The notes: a model not told the origin generated them from the letters alone. A stretch of 64,000 nucleotides of DNA from an uncultured cyanobacterium (GCA_963749915.1 CAVVOP010000021.1:192001-256000); one strand, 5' to 3'. Positions 1 through 10,631 are shown, numbered from the stretch's first letter. Program-made: numbers and translations.

Positions 1-10
1 AAAAACGACG

Positions 11-910
11 GTGGGAGAAAACGTTTTTGAACCTACTTCCATCATAAAATCTTTACAAATTCGCCGACAACAATGGCAAAAACTTTCTCCTTTAATAACT
101 TCCCTTCACCAACGCCCTGTATTCACTAATATTTCTCTATTGCGAGAAAAAGTCCCTAATGGTAATCTTTCTCCAGCTATTTTGATGCAGTTAATAAAAT
201 TAATTAAAGGTTTAAGCATTCGTCAGTTAAGCCTTTTATTAAAGCAGGATGATTTAAAACTAGCGGAGTTATTATTGCCCTATGTACAGCACAATATAGT
301 AAAAGTACATCCTGCTAAAGCTCCTTATGATCAATTACCCACAATTTCTTCACTATTAGTTAAAGAATCGAAAAATGTTGTACCTTTAGAATCAACATTG
401 TCAAATAAAACAAATGTAACCGTTAATCAAAGCAATACTTCTGTTTCACCATCTTCTTTAAATAATTCTCAAGCTGATTATTCATTTTCGACTCCATCAC
501 AATCTTTAATTTCTCAACAAGACGATCATAAAAAACATAAAATTATTTGTATTGATGATAGTCCTACCATGCTCAGCACTATTAAAGATTATTTAGATAG
601 TGATCAATATGAAGTATTAACAGTAGAAAATCCCATGCAATCTCTTTCTTATCTTTTTGACAGTAAGCCAGATTTAATTTTGATGGATTTATCTATGCCC
701 GGGATTAATGGTAATCGACTTTCTAAAATACTTAAAAGTAGTTCAGTGTTTAAAAATGTTCCTATTGTCATCGTGAGCGGCAATACAGAAATTTTAACAC
801 AAGAAACAATAGAGGAAATCGGAGCAAAGGATTTTTTAGCAAAACCATTTACAAAAAATGATTTATTAGCCATCGTCAATCGGCATTTGCAACCTGCGGT
901 TACCCCCTAG
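11..910 (+). CDS. PatA-family response regulator (C-terminal receiver domain); probably begins upstream of the window
   Basis: Receiver motifs ICIDDS, LILMDLSMPGING and FLAKPF after a helical domain and a Ser-rich linker. Confidence 0.8.
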   Translation: MGENVFEPTSIIKSLQIRRQQWQKLSPLITSLHQRPVFTNISLLREKVPNGNLSPAILMQLIKLIKGLSIRQLSLLLKQDDLKLAELLLPYVQHNIVKVHPAKAPYDQLPTISSLLVKESKNVVPLESTLSNKTNVTVNQSNTSVSPSSLNNSQADYSFSTPSQSLISQQDDHKKHKIICIDDSPTMLSTIKDYLDSDQYEVLTVENPMQSLSYLFDSKPDLILMDLSMPGINGNRLSKILKSSSVFKNVPIVIVSGNTEILTQETIEEIGAKDFLAKPFTKNDLLAIVNRHLQPAVTP

Positions 911-1169
911 ATAGGTATTGTATCATGGAACTTTTCATATTCAATATGTCTATGACCATTGGGTTCAGTCTGAATTACGTCCACAAAGCGATGATTCCAT
1001 TTGATGTCAGATGTATAGTAAATATGACGGGCATAAATTGTTTGGGAAAGGGTGGCATCCAATCCCGTTAAGCTAATAAAAAGTTGATATTCTCCCGTTA
1101 AAAAACTATCTTCATCGACAGAAAATAAATAGCTATTCTCGTCAATAGAGTGCATTACTACCCATGTTA
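907..1169 (-). pseudogene. 3' remnant of an inward-rectifier (KirBac-like) K+ channel, truncated by IS982
   Basis: LTWVVMHSIDENS...LTGLDATLSQTIYARHIY...WNHRFVDVI resembles the Kir cytoplasmic domain; the resemblance stops at the IS end at 1170. Confidence 0.75.
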
Positions 1170-2439
1170 ACCTGAGTTCGATGTAACAATAAAGCTGAAA
1201 ATAAGATATCTCAAGTATTTCGGCTTTTATGCTGATTTTGAACAACAAATGAGCATAACAAATCACAGCTAAAACAATCATTTTTAGCCTAATTTTATTT
1301 ATTTTTATCTGGATAAAAAAATTAAATTACTAATGCAGATAATGAATTTATCTCGTTTTTTTCTAATTGTAATTTTGGTTTTTTATCTTGCCATGTATAA
1401 GCTATTAATCCCGCAATTGCATTCACTAAAAAATTAATTGGGCTTCGATGACGAGAATGAACTATTTGTGATATATTTTGCAATTGGTCATTCACTGTTT
1501 CAATTAATGACCTTTTTCTTAACATTAACTTTTCCCATAATTCTAATAATTTATTATTCATCTTTTTTTTGAATGGCGTTATTAATTTAATATTTTTTAG
1601 CCATAATTGTTGAAATAAATCTTGAGAAATATACCCTTTATCCCCAAATAATCTTCCCCATAAATTTTTAGTTAAATAAGGAACTGTTTTTCGATCGTCA
1701 ACATTTCCTGCTGTTATTTTAAAAGCTAATATTTCACCTTGATCATTAATAACTAAAGGTCGTTTAAAGTCGAAATTCCAATCAATAGAGCTTTTCCCCC
1801 AATGCCCTAAATTAGCAAAAACTTTATTTCGTTTTGGTTTTGCTCTTTTATTATGGCAAACAGGGATGCCCATAGTATCAATAAATGAAATACCATTACA
1901 TTGTCCTTTACGAGTATTGAGATAAAAAATTAAAGGAATTAAAGCCGATGACATTAGTTCAACAAAACGATTATAACTGACTAAATTGGGAAAATCTGGA
2001 TAATGATACTGAAGAATAAGATCTTGATAATAATGTTTAAAATCACGATAACGAGAATGATAAAAATAAACAACAATGGTCATAATTTCACTCAAAGATA
2101 ATTGACTATTTTTGATTCTTTTTCTCTCAGAAGAATCAAGAAGTTGACTCAGAAAATGTGGCTCAAAAATCAAACAAAAATCATCAATTTCATAAAAAAG
2201 TTTATCTAATTCCATGATTTTTTTAAGTTTAGCTAAAAATAACATAATTATTATGAAATTAGAAACAGATTAAAAGAGTAATTAGAAATAAAACTTAAAT
2301 TTTCTTAACAAAAATTAACTGATTTTTGGGTCACCCACGGGGATTATGTTAAGAATTGTAAAGTGACAAAAAATAGAGAAAGGTAAAAAACCAATATCTA
2401 CTAAGGCTTTAAGGCTATTTTTTTATATCGAACTCAGGT
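1170..2439 (-). mobile_element. IS982-family insertion sequence
   Basis: Terminal inverted repeats ACCTGAGTTCGAT (1170-1182) and ATCGAACTCAGGT (2427-2439) enclose the transposase; no target-site duplication seen. Confidence 0.9.
1322..2245 (-). CDS. IS982-family DDE transposase (possibly degenerate)
   Basis: SLSEIMTI, FPNLVSYNRFVEL, GDKGYIS and RSLIETVNDQL motifs. Confidence 0.85.
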   Translation of the reverse strand: MLFLAKLKKIMELDKLFYEIDDFCLIFEPHFLSQLLDSSERKRIKNSQLSLSEIMTIVVYFYHSRYRDFKHYYQDLILQYHYPDFPNLVSYNRFVELMSSALIPLIFYLNTRKGQCNGISFIDTMGIPVCHNKRAKPKRNKVFANLGHWGKSSIDWNFDFKRPLVINDQGEILAFKITAGNVDDRKTVPYLTKNLWGRLFGDKGYISQDLFQQLWLKNIKLITPFKKKMNNKLLELWEKLMLRKRSLIETVNDQLQNISQIVHSRHRSPINFLVNAIAGLIAYTWQDKKPKLQLEKNEINSLSALVI

Positions 2440-2568
2440 ACAGATTCGGGATTTAACCAGGACTGTGACCCCAAAAGTGAAACAGAACAGTCTCTTTTGT
2501 TTCACTTTTTTTCGGCTGGTTGCCAACTATTTTTGTGTTTAAATTAAGAAAGGAGAGGAAAGAGGGCA

Positions 2569-2904
2569 TTGAATAGGAACTGGGATGGAGGACTAACAAT
2601 AGCAACTATTACTTTGACTTTATTTACTGCTCTTTTAGGAGTTGAGGGTATTTCTGCTGATGAAAATTTAAGAAAAGCATTAATAGGTATATCTAGCGGA
2701 ATAGTATTAGCGATTCAATCTATGGGAAATGCTTTCCCAGTGAAACAGCGAGCAGGAGGATATCAATTAATTCAAGGTCAGGCTTATGCTTTAAAGAGCA
2801 AATTAAAATATCTTCAAGAAGATTCTGAAATCGTAGAAAAACTTCCTCAGATGCAAGAAGAGTTTTATAAATTGCTTGCAGAAGCCGATAAACTTGAATT
2901 ATAA
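2569..2904 (+). CDS. Small two-TM protein, SLATT/DUF4231-like, probably 5'-damaged; gene-cassette ORF
   Basis: Two hydrophobic helices followed by a helical tail; attC 25 bp after the stop; TTG start with an in-frame stop at 2545. Confidence 0.5.
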   Translation: MNRNWDGGLTIATITLTLFTALLGVEGISADENLRKALIGISSGIVLAIQSMGNAFPVKQRAGGYQLIQGQAYALKSKLKYLQEDSEIVEKLPQMQEEFYKLLAEADKLEL

Positions 2905-2929
2905 GAAATACTTAACACTTACAGATATT

Positions 2930-3015
2930 GCCTAACACTGCGTTGGAGCCGACTTTTTAGAAGTGACCTGTAAAAGTTAAAGATTGACTGAGGCGGCTCA
3001 ACTAGACCGTTGAGT
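2930..3015 (+). other. Integron attC recombination site
   Basis: R'' GCCTAAC (2930-2936), 5-nt spacer, L'' GTTG(G)AGCCG pairing with L' CGGCTCAAC with one extra base, 6-nt spacer, R' GTTGAGT (3009-3015). Confidence 0.85.
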
Positions 3016-3210
3016 AGCAAATGAACAGAAAACAACGCTAAGCCTGAAACTCAATCATAGTAAAAATTTTGACTGAGTATATATTTACTAACTAATTGAT
3101 CAGGGAATCGAGAAATCTGAATAAGATTTTGAAGTCTGAAACCCTACTAAATTCGTTAACTTGGCTTGGCTAAAAGTCCTTAACGTTGTTTCTTACGCAG
3201 TTGCTACTCA
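3011..3210. mobile_element. Non-autonomous ~200-bp MITE
   Basis: Imperfect ~32-bp inverted ends: TGAGTAGCAAatgaacagaaAACAACGcTAAG on the left; the right end reverse-complements to TGAGTAGCAActgcgtaagaAACAACGtTAAG; no ORF. Confidence 0.75.
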
Positions 3211-3360
3211 AACCCCGTTAATCACAACCAGATTTTTCTTGGTCTTGCTATAAGTTTTTTTAATATTTTTTTAGAAGTTTTTTGTATCAAACAATACCAA
3301 ACATTATGGCGATCGCATTAAATCCGAACTTTTCCATCTACTGAATTTATTCATAAAAAA

Positions 3361-3379
3361 AGGTGGGTAATACCCACCC
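3361..3379. terminator. Palindrome (REP-like or terminator) downstream of the 2175-aa gene
   Basis: GGTGGGTAATACCCACC hairpin with an A-run on its left (U-tail for the minus strand). Confidence 0.55.
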
Positions 3380-3404
3380 TAAGTTATCGGAAAATGATTA
3401 AGTT

Positions 3405-6400
3405 TTAGGCAAAGACAAAGTTAGCGTCGGTAATTGTGGTATTTAATAACTGAGCAATTTCTTGTCCATCAACGGAGATAATCACGTTACTTCCTTGTTT
3501 TTGGTAATTCCAATCACTGCCCTTATTGGCTAAACTTAAGTCGGTATTAGCAAAACCAATCACATCCCCTTGACTTGCGTTAAAGTCACTGATTTTATTG
3601 CTCATAGCAGGAAGTGCGTCAATATCGGTAATTAACCAGAATTGATCAGCACCCATACCACCAGTAATATTATTACCGCCTTCACCTGAACCTGCAAAGA
3701 TAATATCATCACCAGATCCTAAAATTACACGGTTGTTAGTACCAACAAAAACGATGTCATCTCCGCTACCAGTATCGATGCGATTACCTTCACCCATTAC
3801 AGAAACGTCAACAGTATCGTCACCACTACCAGTGAATAAATTTTGTGCATCACCTGCAAATTGACTATCTTCAGGGAACGCACTATCAAAGGTATCATCG
3901 TTAGGTGAACCAAAAACAGTTTCAGGTAATTCAGGTTCAACAATATCACCTTCTAAGTTTAAACCAATGACGACAGGATCGTGATCAGAAACTCGATAAG
4001 GAATTGTACCATCGAATAAATCGGGGTTACGTTCAAAGTCGAGGTTATAATCAAAAGCATCTGCTTCATCTGAGTTGATATGCCATTCAGCAACACCAGT
4101 AACTTGATCTGCTAAACTACCACTAGCTAAAGCATGATCTAATGCTCCAATTTGTCCATCAAAGGTGAAAGAATAGGGATTGTCGATACTGCTTAGTAAA
4201 TTTTCATAACCTGCGTTTTCGAGGTATTTTACGGGATCTTCTTGCATATAAGCGTTTAAATCACCGATAATCAAGAAATCCTCGTCATTGCTGTTAGTAG
4301 GATCAGTATCTAACCACGCATCTAAGGCGGTTGCGGCATCTACACGACGTTGATTCCAGAATCCTTGTCCGTCAAGTTGATCAAAATTCGGATCGCTGGT
4401 ATCTTGTAAACCAGAACTACCTTTCGATTTAAAATGATTGATTACAACAGTAAGTTTTTCGCCTGATTCTTGCTCCATAAAAGTAGTCGCAATGGGTACT
4501 CGGCTAGTGCCTTCTCCTTCAAATACGGGGGCTAAATCTTCTAACCCTAAATCCTCTAAATCGGCATCGGTTAGAGTAGCAACTACGGTATCAGGGGCAA
4601 TATTAACGGTGATAGTTTTATAGATGAAACCAACTTTGATGGCATCGCTGCCCACAAAATCAGTGCCGGGGTTGACATAAGCATAAGTGCCTTCTCCTAC
4701 CACTGTGTTTAATTCATTAACAATAGTAGCGATCGCACTTTTACCAGTAGTACTATCACCAGAGGCAACGGTAGCAAAACCATTATTTTCGATTTCGATT
4801 AAGCCGATAATATCGCCGTCAACATCAGTTAAGGTAGTAATTAATTTTTCTAATTGGCGATCGAACTCGTCCTGATTATTTCCTCCTCTCGGTTCCAGGT
4901 TATTTGGTCCACTGCCACCGCTCATGTTATCATCAAGGGTGGTAAAGAAGTTAAGTACATTAAAACTAACTACTTTTAAATCTCCCTCAACTTCCGGAGT
5001 TTCAGGGCGTTGAGTTACCTGATTAAATTCAGGGGTTTCCGTGGGCATAATTCGGTAGTATTCATCACCAGAACCGCCACTACCGCGACTAAACCGCACA
5101 TTACCAGTTAAGTTAGAGACAGTATCACCCATACGGATAAAATTATCACTGCTTAATTCAGGGTCAGGGTAGATAATGGGGTTAGGGTTTTGAATGGTTA
5201 AACCATCATCTAACATGATACGGCGACTAGCAATATCCTCTAAATGGGCTTGATAACCTGCGGTATCAGGGGCGTTATTATTGGTAAATTGTTCTAAACG
5301 TCCACCTTGAGATAGTTGCATTTCCCCAAAGCGATCGAGGTTGAACATTTCGGTTACAGTTAGAGTATCAGGGAAACTAATTAACATCCCTTCGTATTGC
5401 TCTAAATCGGCGATTAAAAAACCATTAGCATTAGCAATAGTGTTAGGGGAAGGTAAAGTTACTTCAGTGGAAGTGATAGAGTTACCATTACTGATGATTT
5501 GTACATCGGTAACTTGTATTTGGGTTTCCCCGAAAAACTCAATCACGCTACCAGTTACTCTGACTAAATCCCCTACATTTACATCTACAATTAAGGAAGA
5601 CTCAAACACAAATAAACCGTCGGAGGTGCTAGGGTTATTATCTCCTTCGGCATCTTGGATATAAAATCCTCGTAAGTTACGGGTGTTGTCAGCATCTCCA
5701 TCTTGGAAGTCACCAGTAACAATACCTTCAGTAATTACAATTGGTCCTACAAGGGGAGATTCGTAACCATCGCCTTGAATTTCATAGATTTTGGCTTCAA
5801 TCGGTGCAGGAGGCATTCCGTCATCGGGGGCAGTTAAGTTAGTTACACCAACGTTATTTAAGCCAAATTCGTCACGACTACCACCACCACTAACATCATC
5901 GCTAAACCATTGGAAATAGAAGAAGTCATCAGGGTTAAGGTTTAAACCTGAGATGGTAGTGATTTTATTTACCGATTGCCAACCGTTACCATCAGCAACT
6001 TCAGGGGTGGTAAAGTCTAACTCAGTTACGGGAGTAAAAGTTACACCATCGAGAGAATAAGCTAAATTGAAGGAATTACCACGAGCTTGATCATTTAAGT
6101 AGCTAATATCATAACTGATAGTTACCTCGTTAACGGTTTCGTCACCAGTATTTTGCAATTTGAGTAAGATTTCACCGGGGGTAAGGTCACTTCCAGCCGG
6201 TTGCACACCGAAAATATAATCTTCATTGCCAAGATTAAAGGCATAAACGCCACCACTGCTAACACCTCCAGTCGATACGCCTCTGGCAAAATCGCCAGTA
6301 ATGCCACTACCACCAAAGTCTAAATTACCATCGGATAAGCCTTTAATTGCCCAAATGTCGGAGTCTAACTGTCCTTCGCTAGGATTAGGATTAAAACCTG

Positions 6401-9400
6401 TACCTGTGAAGGTATCAAAGTTTTCCTCGAAGGTAAATTCAAGCTCAAAGTTTTCTTGACGGGGGTTATAACTTTCGGTATCGATAATTAAGGGAGTAGT
6501 AAAAGCATTAGCTACGTCTTCCCAACGCACGAATTTAAAGTTAGTAGCGTTATTTTCTAACTCATCTTCGTTTATTACCATATTTTGGGGTTCATTTGCT
6601 CCATCTTGCACAAATAAGCCACCAAACGGGAAATTACTACCTAAAGGTACATTTATCACCTCTAAGCCATCGGTTTCGTTAGCTTGGTCAATATTTAAGC
6701 TATGATTATCACCGATAATAAAACTACCCAGATAATCATTATTGCCGTCACGGGTGTAAACTGCATAAGAACTATCACCTTGACTAGATGCGATTAAATA
6801 GCCTTTACCGTCACCGGCGTAATAAATAGTTAATCCTTCTAAATCTGGCACTAATTCAGGGGAATCTACAGGGCGAACGATCGTTACTTCATTACTACCA
6901 GTAGGTTCAGCATCAAACTTAACAATTCCTAACTCATCTTCTACTGCTAAGTAAACTATACCTTGTTCTTGGTCAACTACGATCGCTTCTGATTGATAAT
7001 CTTCTGCCTCTTTGCCTTCTTCAACGGGTAATTCAATGATTCGTACAACTTCAGCAAAAATCAAAGGTGCGTCAGCAGGACTACTGGTGGTAAGTTTTAA
7101 TTGGGCGATTTGATTACCTTCTGCTTGAGTGACGAAAACGTAATATGAGCCGTCAATAGGGCTAACATAATTGGCTAAACCGTAGGCAGTTGCCTCACCA
7201 TCATCAACCCCAAAAATGCTAAAGTTGGGATCATCTAATTCGGGAGTGTCAAATTTAGATAATTCACGAGTTTCAGAATCAATACCAAAAATTGCTAAGG
7301 TATCATTTTCCCTGTCAGAGGCAATCGCTAAGTCAACGGTAGCGTTAACACCAGCAATCATGGTTTGAATGGGGAAATTGTAGATTAAATCGACGTTATT
7401 GTCACGAATATCGCCAAATTCTGCCCCTTCTCCTAAGACATCGGCAGGGGTGATAGTTTGTAAGGTTTCCCCAGTTAAGGAAAATACCGCTAAACCACCA
7501 TCTTTGAGGGTAGTAATTACGAGGCTATCATCGGCATTATCAGGATCAATCCAGATAGCAGGATCATCAGAATCACCGAATAACTCTGCATTGCCCGATT
7601 CTTGATCAATTGTATAAGGAGTTTCCACAATGGGCAAGACAGCAGGGATATTTTCTAATTCTAAAGCAAGGGCGATAACTTGGGTAGTTTGATCAGAACT
7701 GAAGTTATTGTCGCTAACAACAATTAAAGATTGTCTGCCATCGGGTAAGATTTCCCCTAAAGTCATTCCTTCGAGATTATCAGGAATTATGCCCAAATCT
7801 GCGGTAAAATCAATCAATAATTCCTTACTGACAAAAGGATCAATATCATAACGGGTATTTTCATCCAGCAATAAACTATCAAAATTTTTGACATCTAAAG
7901 CCCCTTGAGTTTGCACTTGGTATAATTTAATAGTGTTGCCTACTCCTACCGCAAACGATCGCTCCATCGCTAATAGAGTACCATTATTATCAAGGGCGAT
8001 TAATTCCACTAAACCATTATCCGCAAATTGAGTACTAGGAATAGGCGGATTAGGAATTGCTTCCACCTCATAGACATATTCACCCACAACCTCACCAGTG
8101 GTTAAGTCATATTTGAGAATGCGGGAATAACTGGTATTATCAACAGATGTACCTGTACCATCTTGTTTTAAGGCTTGTTCTACGGCAGTATAGAGATAAC
8201 GCCCATCAGGGGTAATAGTGTTACTTTCAAAGGCTAAGTTATTACGAATACCCGTGTTTTCAGTGCTAGGTAAGAATTTATCAGGAATAGTTAACCCGTC
8301 AATTTCTGCACCAGCTAAACCAAATTGTTTGACAAAAGGATTAATTAAGGTGCTACTGGCACTACCTTCAGAGGTAATGTAAAGGGTGTTATTCGCAGTT
8401 AAAGCGATGCCCTCGGTATCAACACTAAGAGCTGGAAAAGGATTACCGTTACTATCAAGTAAAGTGGTGACATCGGTAAAATTAACATCACCCTCATCTA
8501 AATTACCGTCAGTTAAGTCAATCTCAAGGGTATAAAAACGGGCAGGATTGATTTGAGAGCGATCGTCTGAGATACTGTAATAAAGGTTATTATCACTATC
8601 GTAGGTAATGCCTGATAAACCGCCTACTTGGGTTTCATTGAAAAGATAACCAGTGGGAAAAGCTACAACGCCTAAAGATTCAACCCCAGTAACTTGAATC
8701 CGATTTTGACTGAGATTAAGGTTATTCTCCTTAAAGGTAACATCAAGATAGACTAAACGATGATCGGAACTTAAAAACTTCTCAGGGAAATCTTCAGTAG
8801 GCAAATCTGGGTTATAATCACCGATCAGGCGATCGAAAATGTCACCGGTTAAAGGATCCTTAGGAGAAGCCCAAAATATACCACTATCTTTAATTTCGAT
8901 ATTTTGGGAAGGTAACACATAATCGATTCTTAAGTTACCCGGACTGTTATCATTAAAATCACCCGTATCAAAGGCAGGATTACCTACATGAGTTAAATTA
9001 GCCAAGCCTTGACGATTTGTGGCATCAATTCCCCCCTCGCTACTAGGTGCAGAATCTGGGCTACCTTGAATATAAGGATTATCTAACAATTGCATGATAG
9101 CCGGTGGTGTACTATCTCCGTCATAGGGATCAGCATTTTGATCACCCATAATGACAAAAGCCTTACCTAACCCTAAACTGCCAAAATTACCGTTATCGTC
9201 ATAGATATAGTCACCTTTAGCAGGGTTAACATAGTCTGCCCAAAACCGAATTTCATCACTATTACGTTTACCATTGCGATCTTCTGCACCATCAAACACG
9301 GGAGGGGTAGGATGAGAAGCTAATACATGGATAATCTCACCATTAACGTTAATAGGTACATCCCAATGACTTTTAGATGATAAACGTACAACTTCTAATT

Positions 9401-9932
9401 CTTCCTCAGAAAACCAGTCATTAGGTTCAGATGTGTTAGGATTATCTGGCAATTGAGCATTAGGCATATCTTTCCATAAGAAATTTTGAAAAGTACGCAC
9501 GTCTTCAGTGACGATAGGATATTTAGAAAATAATACCATTGCATATTGTCCGGGAAAGTTACCGAAACCAAAGGCATCGTTACCTCCGCCAATTGTGCCA
9601 TTATTATCCAAGTCAAAACCTGAAGGAATACCAGTATTACTTGGTGCTAGATAGATATAAGGAAAGTCGATCGGCTCTATATTTTCAGTTTGCACTACAT
9701 TTAAGTAGTTTTGTAAGAATAATTGAGGTAGTTGTAGAGGATCGCTAACGGTATAATCATAATCAAATTCATTAACTAACAAAATATCAGGGTTAGTGCG
9801 TTGGATAATCTCGGCAACGTTTTTGAGTTGTTGCTGACTTCCCCCTTGTAAATCCTCTAATAATTTGCCTTCTGTACTACGATTCATTGCCCCGTTAAAG
9901 GTAGCAATTCTTAACTGACTTGTATCGCTCAT
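3405..9932 (-). CDS. Giant secreted phosphate-scavenging protein: EEP phosphoesterase + esterase-like phytase + beta-propeller phytase + ExeM/NucH-type nuclease + RTX-like C-terminus
   Basis: LRIATFN/SSKSHWDVP/GDQNAD/SSDHR (EEP); GGLSG, NNLAFES, VSDNNFS (esterase-like phytase); DSDDPAIW, PDLEGL, VQDG (phytase); IYEIQG, RGFYIQD, NHFKSKG, GDLNAY, SDHDPV (ExeM); GSGDD repeats. Confidence 0.85.
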   Translation of the reverse strand: MSDTSQLRIATFNGAMNRSTEGKLLEDLQGGSQQQLKNVAEIIQRTNPDILLVNEFDYDYTVSDPLQLPQLFLQNYLNVVQTENIEPIDFPYIYLAPSNTGIPSGFDLDNNGTIGGGNDAFGFGNFPGQYAMVLFSKYPIVTEDVRTFQNFLWKDMPNAQLPDNPNTSEPNDWFSEEELEVVRLSSKSHWDVPINVNGEIIHVLASHPTPPVFDGAEDRNGKRNSDEIRFWADYVNPAKGDYIYDDNGNFGSLGLGKAFVIMGDQNADPYDGDSTPPAIMQLLDNPYIQGSPDSAPSSEGGIDATNRQGLANLTHVGNPAFDTGDFNDNSPGNLRIDYVLPSQNIEIKDSGIFWASPKDPLTGDIFDRLIGDYNPDLPTEDFPEKFLSSDHRLVYLDVTFKENNLNLSQNRIQVTGVESLGVVAFPTGYLFNETQVGGLSGITYDSDNNLYYSISDDRSQINPARFYTLEIDLTDGNLDEGDVNFTDVTTLLDSNGNPFPALSVDTEGIALTANNTLYITSEGSASSTLINPFVKQFGLAGAEIDGLTIPDKFLPSTENTGIRNNLAFESNTITPDGRYLYTAVEQALKQDGTGTSVDNTSYSRILKYDLTTGEVVGEYVYEVEAIPNPPIPSTQFADNGLVELIALDNNGTLLAMERSFAVGVGNTIKLYQVQTQGALDVKNFDSLLLDENTRYDIDPFVSKELLIDFTADLGIIPDNLEGMTLGEILPDGRQSLIVVSDNNFSSDQTTQVIALALELENIPAVLPIVETPYTIDQESGNAELFGDSDDPAIWIDPDNADDSLVITTLKDGGLAVFSLTGETLQTITPADVLGEGAEFGDIRDNNVDLIYNFPIQTMIAGVNATVDLAIASDRENDTLAIFGIDSETRELSKFDTPELDDPNFSIFGVDDGEATAYGLANYVSPIDGSYYVFVTQAEGNQIAQLKLTTSSPADAPLIFAEVVRIIELPVEEGKEAEDYQSEAIVVDQEQGIVYLAVEDELGIVKFDAEPTGSNEVTIVRPVDSPELVPDLEGLTIYYAGDGKGYLIASSQGDSSYAVYTRDGNNDYLGSFIIGDNHSLNIDQANETDGLEVINVPLGSNFPFGGLFVQDGANEPQNMVINEDELENNATNFKFVRWEDVANAFTTPLIIDTESYNPRQENFELEFTFEENFDTFTGTGFNPNPSEGQLDSDIWAIKGLSDGNLDFGGSGITGDFARGVSTGGVSSGGVYAFNLGNEDYIFGVQPAGSDLTPGEILLKLQNTGDETVNEVTISYDISYLNDQARGNSFNLAYSLDGVTFTPVTELDFTTPEVADGNGWQSVNKITTISGLNLNPDDFFYFQWFSDDVSGGGSRDEFGLNNVGVTNLTAPDDGMPPAPIEAKIYEIQGDGYESPLVGPIVITEGIVTGDFQDGDADNTRNLRGFYIQDAEGDNNPSTSDGLFVFESSLIVDVNVGDLVRVTGSVIEFFGETQIQVTDVQIISNGNSITSTEVTLPSPNTIANANGFLIADLEQYEGMLISFPDTLTVTEMFNLDRFGEMQLSQGGRLEQFTNNNAPDTAGYQAHLEDIASRRIMLDDGLTIQNPNPIIYPDPELSSDNFIRMGDTVSNLTGNVRFSRGSGGSGDEYYRIMPTETPEFNQVTQRPETPEVEGDLKVVSFNVLNFFTTLDDNMSGGSGPNNLEPRGGNNQDEFDRQLEKLITTLTDVDGDIIGLIEIENNGFATVASGDSTTGKSAIATIVNELNTVVGEGTYAYVNPGTDFVGSDAIKVGFIYKTITVNIAPDTVVATLTDADLEDLGLEDLAPVFEGEGTSRVPIATTFMEQESGEKLTVVINHFKSKGSSGLQDTSDPNFDQLDGQGFWNQRRVDAATALDAWLDTDPTNSNDEDFLIIGDLNAYMQEDPVKYLENAGYENLLSSIDNPYSFTFDGQIGALDHALASGSLADQVTGVAEWHINSDEADAFDYNLDFERNPDLFDGTIPYRVSDHDPVVIGLNLEGDIVEPELPETVFGSPNDDTFDSAFPEDSQFAGDAQNLFTGSGDDTVDVSVMGEGNRIDTGSGDDIVFVGTNNRVILGSGDDIIFAGSGEGGNNITGGMGADQFWLITDIDALPAMSNKISDFNASQGDVIGFANTDLSLANKGSDWNYQKQGSNVIISVDGQEIAQLLNTTITDANFVFA

Positions 9933-9990
9933 AAATACTCTGATTTTACTAAAGACAATTTATTGGTCTAGCTCTGAGAGTAACGGTTCA

Positions 9991-10031
9991 AGGTTTTTTC
10001 TGAGTTAAGAACAGTTCATGATTTAGTTAAA
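9991..10031 (-). promoter_or_regulatory. Putative Pho box (SphR site)
   Basis: Minus-strand 8-mers at 11-bp spacing: TTTAACTA, CATGAACT, CTTAACTC, AAAAACCT, versus consensus YTTAAYYW; two good and two poor matches. Confidence 0.45.
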
Positions 10032-10062
10032 ATTTTAAAGTATTTAATTTTTGGTGTTTACC

Positions 10063-10330
10063 TTATCTTACAAAAATATATGTTCTGGGTTGAGCATTAT
10101 TGTGAAAATGATAAAAGGCATTACCACCACTAACAGAAGGATTTAAGACATAAAAAGCTAAACCTTCCTCTTGAAAAGTTCGATAATTAACTAAAATACT
10201 GCTTCTTTCACCTGCATTAGCATAAAGATGAGTACTGTGTTGAGCTGTGTTGTGAAAACGGTACATGCCATTAATTCATCATTATTGCCTGTACCTACGG
10301 CAAAAGCAAATCCTTAATGTCTAATTCATT
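10063..10330 (-). pseudogene. Remnant of a DUF5648-like repeat domain
   Basis: MYRFHNT...THLYANAGER...FQEEGLAFYV...FYHFHNN repeated motif; short and broken. Confidence 0.5.
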
Positions 10331-10488
10331 TGATTCTGATAAATATCCAGCGATCGTTCTATCTTGGCTTAGTTGTCCTAAGTTCGTTCTTTCAATCATC
10401 AGTTAAATCATTATTTTATTTAATTATTGGTTAGACAACAAATAATGGTATTTTAACGAATTTTAGCTTTTTTCGGCAAAATATAAAA

Positions 10489-10507
10489 AGGTGGGCAATG
10501 CCCACCC
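10489..10507. terminator. Palindrome (REP-like or terminator) downstream of the alkaline phosphatase gene
   Basis: GGTGGGCAATGCCCACC preceded by an A-run; same family as the one at 3361. Confidence 0.55.
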
Positions 10508-10631
10508 CGTTAAATTAATTGTTTAAAACTACTCAAAGTTTATAAGAGATCTCTCCATAAACTATAATTTTGGTAGGGTAGAATAAGAATTTCAACCCTA
10601 TTTTTATTAATTATTGGAGATGTCTAATTAA

